From NCBI GenBank assembly GCA_003576915.1, contig QEVF01000012.1:37899-101898 (forward strand): 64,000 nucleotides of DNA. The letters run 5' to 3'. The notes beneath the pieces are model-generated. The model ran no database searches, was not told where the DNA came from, and saw only the letters and a list, made by a program, of their open reading frames with translations. A program made the translations under genes and the position numbers. This document shows, piece after piece, positions 57,472 to 64,000 of this stretch. The stretch's first letter is position 1; the number at the start of each line of letters is the position of its first letter. Source of the DNA: Planctomycetota bacterium. Lineage in GTDB: Bacteria > Planctomycetota > UBA8742 > UBA2392.

Positions 57472-59526
57472 TCAGGCCGCCTGTTTCAGAATTTTCACGC
57501 CCATCAGTATCATCGGGATACCCAGCAGCAGCAGCATGATCACCGCCGGCAGCACCGGCTTCTCGCTCCAGCTTGTGGCCAGCCTGGCCCGTGCCGGGGT
57601 GTCTGAGTGAATGAACTTGATGTAGGTGTATGCAAAGGCGTTGGGCTCCGGCGTTTCGTACCAGCTGTGATAGAGCGAAAACACCTTGCTGAACTGGATA
57701 ACCACCCAGGGACAGTCTTTTTCCAGCTCCGCGTGCATGAGGCGAATCAGCTCCGCTTTCCGCGCGCGATCAGCTTCCGTGATCTCCTCAAGAATCGCCA
57801 TTTCCCGATACAGGCGGTCGTACTCGGGCGAGGCATAGGACGCGCTGTTGATGCCGGGAGGCTTGTTGGGTCCATAGAGCAACTGCAACATGTTCTGGGC
57901 GTCCGGGTAGTCCATGACCCATCCGGCATCATAGGCCTGGCCCGTGCCCTCATTCTGGCGCTTGAGAAACTCGGCGAAGGTCATGGGTTCGCACTCGATG
58001 CGAATGCCGATTTTGTCGCCGCACGACTTCAGGAACACCGCGTAGTCGGCGGCCTGGGAGTCATTGCGACGCAGCAGGATGCTCATGCTCAGTTGTCGGC
58101 CTGTGGCCGGGTCTGTCGTACGATAGAGGTTCCGGCCGACCTCGTTCACCTGGAAGCCGGCTTCCTGAAGAATGCGGCGCCCCTTGCCCGGGTCATAGGT
58201 CTGGGCGGGCATATCGTTGGCCGGTGAGTAACCCAGAGTCCCCGGCGGCACCAGTTGGCGTGTGGCCTCGCCGCGGCCGTTGCGGTAACGGCGGATCAGG
58301 TCTTCCCGGTCAATACAGGCGCAAACAGCCTTGCGTATGGCGGTCGCTCTGGCGCCGCCCGGAGTTCCGACCTCCTTGTCATTCATGTTGAAACTGATGT
58401 ACGAGATCGAGGGGTCGGCATACTTGAGCAGCTTGATGCCTTTGGCTGCCAGCGCCGGTGTCACTTCCGATTGAGGCGAGACTGCCGCGCTGAACTGGTC
58501 CTTGTCGATACCCGAAACATCGAGATTGCCCTGCAGGAACTCCAGGAACTCCGTCTGGCCTTCCTTGATCACCCTGAAAATCACGCGATCGGCGATGGGC
58601 AGTCGCCGGCCCATGTATGGCTTGAATCGCGCGTGCTCGGGCTTCGCGCTGGTTGGGAAGCGCTCGTCTCTGAAGTTGGGGTTGCGCTCGTACACCAGTT
58701 CCGAGTTGAAGCGCCAACGCTTGAGCAGGTAGGGACCCGTTCCCACCGGCTTGCGCGATAGGTCTTTGTCGTAGTATTCGGCCGCTTCTCGCGCGACGGC
58801 CGCGCCATAGGTCAGCGTGATTGCGTACAGAAACTGGGGGTAGGGCTCGGTGAGCGTCACCTGGAAGGTCAGATCGTCGGGCGCCTTCAGACCGGCCACG
58901 GGCTGCTCCATGGCGCGGTGCCATTCGGCATCCGGATCATTGCCCTCGCTCTTGCCCTTGAGGCCGATGATGCCGTTGTGAAACGCGTCCAGGCCCTGCA
59001 CCTTCTTTTCAATCACCCAGAAGCCCTCGGAATCTGGCAGGGCCGCCAGTCGCTTGAAGCTGTAAACCATATCGGCGGCCGTCAGTTTGCGGCCCTTGCC
59101 ACGCACGTCCTGCATGCCTTCGCCCTCCTGGGCGTAGGTCTTTCCCCTGGCATCAGGATGAAAGCAGCGGTCGTCACTGAAGTAGACGTCATCGCGCAGC
59201 TTGAATGTGTAGGTGTTGGTGGCGCGGTCGTACTGCGGCATGGCTGCGGCCAATGCCGGCACCAGCACTGCCGGCCGTTCAAGATAATCGTACTGCAGCA
59301 GGCATTCGTAAGTCATGCCCGCGTGCCGTGAAGAAATGACGTCCCCGGTCTTGTGCGGGTCCATGGACTTGGGGTCCTCATCCTCTCCACGACGGATGAC
59401 GGTCAGCCCCTCGTCCTCCTTGGCCAGGGTTTCTGCCGTGCCGCCGCAGCCGGGGGCCAGGGAAAGCATGGCCAGCGCCGCGATCAGCGCCAGAAATGGG
59501 GACCACTTCAATGTGCGACGCGCCAT
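57472..59526 (-). CDS. ABC transporter substrate-binding protein, family 5, lipoprotein with an additional C-terminal hydrophobic helix
   Basis: Lipobox LSLAPGC. Family-5 SBP sequence (TGPY.LK.W, ERNP.F). The C-terminus PVLPAVIMLLLLGIPMILMGVKIL looks like a TM helix. Start taken at MARRTLKW (59526). Confidence 0.85.
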   Translation of the reverse strand: MARRTLKWSPFLALIAALAMLSLAPGCGGTAETLAKEDEGLTVIRRGEDEDPKSMDPHKTGDVISSRHAGMTYECLLQYDYLERPAVLVPALAAAMPQYDRATNTYTFKLRDDVYFSDDRCFHPDARGKTYAQEGEGMQDVRGKGRKLTAADMVYSFKRLAALPDSEGFWVIEKKVQGLDAFHNGIIGLKGKSEGNDPDAEWHRAMEQPVAGLKAPDDLTFQVTLTEPYPQFLYAITLTYGAAVAREAAEYYDKDLSRKPVGTGPYLLKRWRFNSELVYERNPNFRDERFPTSAKPEHARFKPYMGRRLPIADRVIFRVIKEGQTEFLEFLQGNLDVSGIDKDQFSAAVSPQSEVTPALAAKGIKLLKYADPSISYISFNMNDKEVGTPGGARATAIRKAVCACIDREDLIRRYRNGRGEATRQLVPPGTLGYSPANDMPAQTYDPGKGRRILQEAGFQVNEVGRNLYRTTDPATGRQLSMSILLRRNDSQAADYAVFLKSCGDKIGIRIECEPMTFAEFLKRQNEGTGQAYDAGWVMDYPDAQNMLQLLYGPNKPPGINSASYASPEYDRLYREMAILEEITEADRARKAELIRLMHAELEKDCPWVVIQFSKVFSLYHSWYETPEPNAFAYTYIKFIHSDTPARARLATSWSEKPVLPAVIMLLLLGIPMILMGVKILKQAA

Positions 59527-59539
59527 GGTTCTCCCGCCG

Positions 59540-61285
59540 TCAGGACTTCCTGGATTTGACAAAGCGCACGCGGTCAAACACGCAGTCCGGCAGCGCGGGC
59601 CACTCCAGATTGGTGCTGCGCACGCGGGCGAACCGGCGCACCATCAGCGGCACCACCGGCCGGTCCTCCAGCAGGCGCGTTGCCAGCTTGCCCACCAGTT
59701 CGCGCCGCCGGGCCTGGTGAGCTGCGTCTGGGGAGATGCGGCAGAGCTCGGCATAGTCCGCGTCAAACTCGGGCACGCTGTAGCGCGCGGTGTTGCGGTT
59801 CTCCTCGCCGGTGCCGATGTTCCGACTTTCATAAAGCTGGAAGACGTTCTGCGGGTCCGGGTGATCGAGGAACCAGCCGCTGAAGTAGAGGTGGCCCTGG
59901 CCCGTGTCCACGGCCTCGAACAGCGCTGCGGCCGAAGTCTGCCGGGCATCGAGTTCCATGCCCAGCGCCTTCAGACCCGCACGAATGACTTCAACCATGC
60001 GGCGGTTGAATTCGCCTGTGGGGCAGAACAGCGTAAGGCTCAGGGGCTTGCCTGTGTCGGGGTTCAGGCCGCCCTTGAACTTCGTGGCGTCCAGGACGTC
60101 CTTGGCCCGCTTGAGGTCGTAGGCCCCCCAGTCATCGTGGCGGCCCAACTCCGCAAACTCAGCGCCAGGCGGGAGTATCTCGCTGGCGGCGCGGCCGAAG
60201 ATCGCTCCAAAGCAGGTCTCTGCCATGCGCGCGCGATCAATGCTGAAGCTGACAGCCTTGCGCAACCCGCGCCCGTCCGCGTCCAGGGAGCCCATCAGGC
60301 CATCGCTCATGTTGAACGACATGAACCAGCTACCAATGTCGTCCGTGATGCTCAGTTCGACGGACGCCTTGGCCAAGGGGCCGAAGAGTTTGCCGTCTCT
60401 CACGTGCCGTCGCGCCAGGGAGGCATTCAGTTCGCATTCTCCCCACTGGCTCGTGGCAACGGCCTCGGGGCCCTCAGGCTCGGCATAGACCACGCGCTCA
60501 AACTCCGGCTTCTCGCCCCAGTGCCGATCAAAGCGTTTGAGCACGTAGATCCGGGAGGAAGCCAGCGCGTGCAGGCGATAGGGACCCGTGCCCACGGCGC
60601 GGCGCTGAAGCTCAAACATGTAGTGTTCCATGGCCTCGGCCGCGACGATCGACAAAGCCGGGTGCGCCAGCACCGACAAAATGGGCGCAAAGGGCCGCTT
60701 GAGTTTGAGCACAAATGTGGAGTCGTCGGGCGCGCTGAGCCCCTCGACGACCAAGTCGTCGTTGCCATTCCAGCCGCCGCCTTCGCGCATGTCTTCGGCG
60801 TACTTGTCGAGGCCCGCGATCAGTCCCTGCACCAGCCAGAACCAGTGCCGCTGCTCGCCGCTCAAAGCCGCCAGGCGCTTGAAGCTTGCCACGACATCGG
60901 AGGCCTTGGCGGCCCGCCCCTGCCCTTCCTTGAAGCACTCGCTGTTATGGAACTTCGCCTCGCGCAGCTTGAACGTGTAGGTCAGACCATCATCGCTAAC
61001 CTTGGGCCAGTCCGCCGCAAGACAGGGGGCCAGCCTCGGTGAGGGGCCCGGCAGCCACTGCATGAGACCTTCATAGATATCTGCAATCAGGTTGAGGGAG
61101 GTTCCCGACGGTGCCGCATGGGGGTCCAAGCTGATGTCGGCGGGTCCAAGCGGCAAGCGCAACGTTTTGGGCGGATCGGCAGCCTCCGGCACCGGCAGGG
61201 GAACCGGCTGGCCTATGGCAGGTCGGGTAAGCGCGGCACAGGCCAGCGCCAGCAACGCGAGAATGAGCATCAGGCTTCGAGCCAT
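59540..61285 (-). CDS. ABC transporter substrate-binding protein, family 5 (second copy)
   Basis: Signal peptide MARSLMLILALLALACAAL. GTGPYRL, family-5 SBP features. Confidence 0.85.
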   Translation of the reverse strand: MARSLMLILALLALACAALTRPAIGQPVPLPVPEAADPPKTLRLPLGPADISLDPHAAPSGTSLNLIADIYEGLMQWLPGPSPRLAPCLAADWPKVSDDGLTYTFKLREAKFHNSECFKEGQGRAAKASDVVASFKRLAALSGEQRHWFWLVQGLIAGLDKYAEDMREGGGWNGNDDLVVEGLSAPDDSTFVLKLKRPFAPILSVLAHPALSIVAAEAMEHYMFELQRRAVGTGPYRLHALASSRIYVLKRFDRHWGEKPEFERVVYAEPEGPEAVATSQWGECELNASLARRHVRDGKLFGPLAKASVELSITDDIGSWFMSFNMSDGLMGSLDADGRGLRKAVSFSIDRARMAETCFGAIFGRAASEILPPGAEFAELGRHDDWGAYDLKRAKDVLDATKFKGGLNPDTGKPLSLTLFCPTGEFNRRMVEVIRAGLKALGMELDARQTSAAALFEAVDTGQGHLYFSGWFLDHPDPQNVFQLYESRNIGTGEENRNTARYSVPEFDADYAELCRISPDAAHQARRRELVGKLATRLLEDRPVVPLMVRRFARVRSTNLEWPALPDCVFDRVRFVKSRKS

Positions 61286-61710
61286 GGCGCACCAGATTAT
61301 GGGGACCCGCTTTGATACGGATGAGAAGCTTGGGGAGGACGAAGTTTAGCCTTTCCGGCCCCCTTGGGCTAGCGCCCGGCACCTCTGCCAGCCGTTCACC
61401 CCGAAAGGGGCCGTGCCTGCCGCAGGCAAAACCTCACGCCAATGCATCCCGGAGTGCCAGTTAGCGCGCAATGTGCCAGTGGCAGGTGCGCGAACTTCTG
61501 CAGGGGGCGGATCGTGGTAGCCGCACCCTTGGGATGTGGGCTGCCGGGGTTTGCGCCGGTACTGGCCTGCGGTGGGCCAGTGAGGCTGGTTTGAAGACGA
61601 TAGCCGGAGTTCAGGCAACAGAGAGGAGGAGACGTGAAGGGCGGACACGAATTGGCACGGCGCGCGCTTTATGCAGCCACGTCTGGGGTGGTCCCAGACG
61701 ACATCAAGAA

Positions 61711-61742
61711 GCGGCCGGCGGTATGGCCCCACCGCCGGCCGC
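61711..61742 (-). terminator. Terminator candidate after the P-loop protein gene
   Basis: GCGGCCGGCGGT-n8-ACCGCCGGCCGC (12-bp perfect stem), 22 nt after the stop. On the minus strand it is followed by TTCTTGATG. A second hairpin GTCTGGG-n5-CCCAGAC lies at 61681-61699. Confidence 0.5.
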
Positions 61743-61763
61743 CCTGTTGTTGGAGAAGGCCCC

Positions 61764-62894
61764 TCAGGCCTGGCCGTTGCTTTCGTGGTGGTGAACAAGT
61801 TCCTTCCAGCCCAACAAGCGGCAGACTTCGTCAGCCAGTTCCTCGGCGCTGTTGCGGGCATTGATGGCCTTCACTCCCAGCCCCTTTGAAACATAGCCGC
61901 TTCCGACCTCATTGTCGGTGACAGGTCCCGAGAACAGGTCGATGCGCTGGCCGCGCTTGTCAAACACGTACTTGGCGCCGTATGCGCCCACGGGGTCGTT
62001 GGCGCAGCAGATGTGCACTTTGGTGGCGTTGTAAAGCTCGGCGTCGTCGAAGTAGGTCATGACCGAGTAGCCGCCGATGATGCCGTCGCCCAGTTCGACG
62101 ATGATCACGTCGGGCTTGTCCTCGCTCAGCTCGTTGATGATCGACTTGCCGATGGGCGCGATGCTTTCGACGTCTGCCGTGCTGGGCAGGCCGCAGTCGA
62201 CGAAGCTCAACGTCATGTTCGCGCCGTGGTCCTCAAACGAAAACAGGTCTTTGCGGGCGGCCACGCCGGAAAGTTTTCCCGCGTTGACGCGCAAACCGCG
62301 TTTGGAGAGTTCCTGGCAGAGGGTGGCGCAGACCTTGGTTTTGCCCGCGCTCATGCAGGTGCCGGAAACGGCAATGATCGGGATGCGCAGCTTGGGATCC
62401 AGGTGGTCGTGAGTGGGGATCGTGGAGTCCTGCAGGTTGAGCACCTTGCCCTTGCGCACGACCATGCCGACGACCTCGACTTTGAGCGGCGGGCCGAGGT
62501 CCTTGTTGGCGCCGGTGGCAATGCCGATGACGCCGCCGAGGTTCAGCAGGTTGATGATGTCCCCGACCTTGACCGACTCCGGCACGCGCCCGACGTAGCC
62601 CTTGAGCGCGTTGCGTGCGCCGAGCGCGCCGATGATGATGTCGTTCTCGAAGATCTTGGCCATGCGCCCTTCCTCGAGTTCGAGCTCGCCATAGACGCTC
62701 TTTTCACCGAGGGAGCGCACGACGATGACGTTGCCTTCCTTGGCCTCGAGATTCTCCGTCACGATGCGCTCTTCCTTGTGCAGGTTGAGGCGGTGACAGA
62801 CGCTGGCGATCTTGTCCACGCGGATTTCAATCGTGTTCAGGGGCGCCAGGCGCTGGGTGTCTTTTGAGACGCCGTTGGTCAGTGGTTCGTTCAT
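61764..62894 (-). CDS. Uncharacterised two-domain protein: N-terminal beta-rich domain plus C-terminal P-loop (GxxxxGKT) domain
   Basis: 376 aa, SD GGAGA upstream. P-loop IIAVSGTCMSAGKTKV. Possibly DUF1611-like, but I cannot confirm this. Confidence 0.6.
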   Translation of the reverse strand: MNEPLTNGVSKDTQRLAPLNTIEIRVDKIASVCHRLNLHKEERIVTENLEAKEGNVIVVRSLGEKSVYGELELEEGRMAKIFENDIIIGALGARNALKGYVGRVPESVKVGDIINLLNLGGVIGIATGANKDLGPPLKVEVVGMVVRKGKVLNLQDSTIPTHDHLDPKLRIPIIAVSGTCMSAGKTKVCATLCQELSKRGLRVNAGKLSGVAARKDLFSFEDHGANMTLSFVDCGLPSTADVESIAPIGKSIINELSEDKPDVIIVELGDGIIGGYSVMTYFDDAELYNATKVHICCANDPVGAYGAKYVFDKRGQRIDLFSGPVTDNEVGSGYVSKGLGVKAINARNSAEELADEVCRLLGWKELVHHHESNGQA

Positions 62895-62970
62895 CTTCTT
62901 CTCCGGTTCGATGGCGCCAGGTTCCAGGCGTCAGCTTCCAACTGTTGCTGCTTGGATCGGCGAGGGGCGC

Positions 62971-64000
62971 CTAGCGACTGGCGCCTGCCCCACCGTACAG
63001 CCGCGAGGGAATACTCAGGATCTTCCCAAAGCCGGCGGCATCCTGGCCGCTCCAGAGCGAGAATTCCTCGCCGTACTTGCCGCTGGCCGCGTTCATGAGC
63101 GAGTGCGGGCTTGAAACTCCCGCAATGTCAAAGCGGCCGTAACGCAGCGTTAAACTCACTTCGCCGCTTACACGTTCCTGAGAACTTTGGAACAGCGCCT
63201 CGATGTCACGCAGGCTTGGATCAAATGGCTGGCCTTCGTGCAGCATCGTGCCGTAGAAGTCAGCGACGTGATCCTTCCAGAAGCGCTGCCACTTCGTGAG
63301 CACGAGCTTTTCCAGCTCGCGGTGCGCGTTGATCAGCATCAGCGCCGCCGGCGCGACAAACGCGACGCGCCCCTTGATGCCCACAATCGTGTCGCCGAGG
63401 TGGATGCCGCGCCCCAGCGCGTAGGCGCAGCCGAGCGTGTTGAGTTTCTCGATCAGCGCCACAGGTTTGAGCGACTCGCCGTCGAGCGCGACGGGTACGC
63501 CCTTCTCGAACTTCACTTTCAAGAGACGCGGCTTCACACTGGGGTCGCTCCTGGCCGCCATTTCAAAGATCTCGTCGGGCACGGGCGAGGCGCTGTCGTG
63601 GGTTTCCTTGCCGCCGATGGTGATGCCCCACATGCCCGCGTTGATGGAGTAGGCCGTGGTCTTGGGCGGGATCTCGAGACCGTGTTTGGCGAGATACTCG
63701 GTTTCCTGCGCGCGGGAGAGCGAATGTTCACGCACCGGCGCCAGCATCTTCAAGCCGGGCGCCAGCACGTTCATGGCCACGTCAAAACGAATCTGGTCGT
63801 TGCCCGCGCCCGTGCTGCCGTGGGCCACCGACGCGGCTTTCTTCTCTACGGCATACTTGGCAACCAGGGAAGCCTGCACGACGCGCTCGGCGGCCACGCA
63901 AAGGGGATAGACGCCACCGCGCAAGACGTTGCCGGAAATCATCCAGCGCACGTAGCCGTCGAACACCTGCTGCTTGCCGTCGAGCACGACGTGGGAAACC
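62971..64000 (-). CDS. Argininosuccinate synthase family protein, divergent (partial; 5' end beyond window end)
   Basis: HGSTGAGNDQIRFD (canonical form as I recall it HG.TGKGNDQVRFE), YSINAGMWG, ALGRGIHLGDTIVGIKGR. The frame stays open to base 64000. Confidence 0.8.
   Translation of the reverse strand, partial: VSHVVLDGKQQVFDGYVRWMISGNVLRGGVYPLCVAAERVVQASLVAKYAVEKKAASVAHGSTGAGNDQIRFDVAMNVLAPGLKMLAPVREHSLSRAQETEYLAKHGLEIPPKTTAYSINAGMWGITIGGKETHDSASPVPDEIFEMAARSDPSVKPRLLKVKFEKGVPVALDGESLKPVALIEKLNTLGCAYALGRGIHLGDTIVGIKGRVAFVAPAALMLINAHRELEKLVLTKWQRFWKDHVADFYGTMLHEGQPFDPSLRDIEALFQSSQERVSGEVSLTLRYGRFDIAGVSSPHSLMNAASGKYGEEFSLWSGQDAAGFGKILSIPSRLYGGAGASR

Overview
The window is a 64-kb, high-GC (roughly two-thirds G+C by eye) bacterial chromosomal segment. 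It is densely packed with about 50 protein genes and one tRNA. I saw no rRNA, CRISPR array, transposase, integrase or prophage genes. All family calls rest on motifs I recognise by eye, since I could not run any search, fold or GC calculation. Many long ORFs in the track are antisense shadow ORFs typical of high-GC DNA and were discarded.

Most content is housekeeping: lysS, yggS, panD, rph, trmB, acpS, carB, hutU, obg, folC, xseB, bioD, an ArgG-like gene, ABC systems and tRNA-Ser(UGA). The gene style (giant helical-repeat secreted proteins, ECF sigma/anti-sigma pair, a giant FtsX permease, a Tat-signal DUF1513 protein) would fit a PVC/Planctomycetota-like organism, but that is only an inference.

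The strongest finding is a 116-codon rhodanese-domain gene (24040-24387, minus strand). Its reading frame and family similarity run straight through two in-frame TGA codons. One sits at the catalytic-Cys position of the active-site loop and the other five residues later. A G-containing hairpin lies just downstream. This makes it a candidate double-selenocysteine (U-x4-U) protein, or else a very peculiar pseudogene. It sits in a small redox neighbourhood with DUF302 and two paralogous ferredoxins, each ferredoxin with its own promoter; an AT-rich island and a ~250-nt leader of unknown function lie between the two ferredoxin genes.

Other items worth a second look:
- An overlapping operon of an unusually long MoxR-like AAA+ ATPase and an unknown 280-aa protein.
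- A DegT-family enzyme whose PLP-binding lysine is replaced by Cys.
- A 1054-aa FtsX/LolCE-type permease with no ATPase partner nearby.
- An overlapping AMP-phosphorylase-like / PRPP-synthase-like gene pair.
- Two overlapping ~930-aa helical-repeat proteins.
- A divergent ArgG-like gene next to an unknown P-loop protein.
- Several non-coding oddities: three tandem perfect hairpins, a G12 tract, four tandem TYTGACY heptamers before carB, and two ~0.5-kb gene-free regions.
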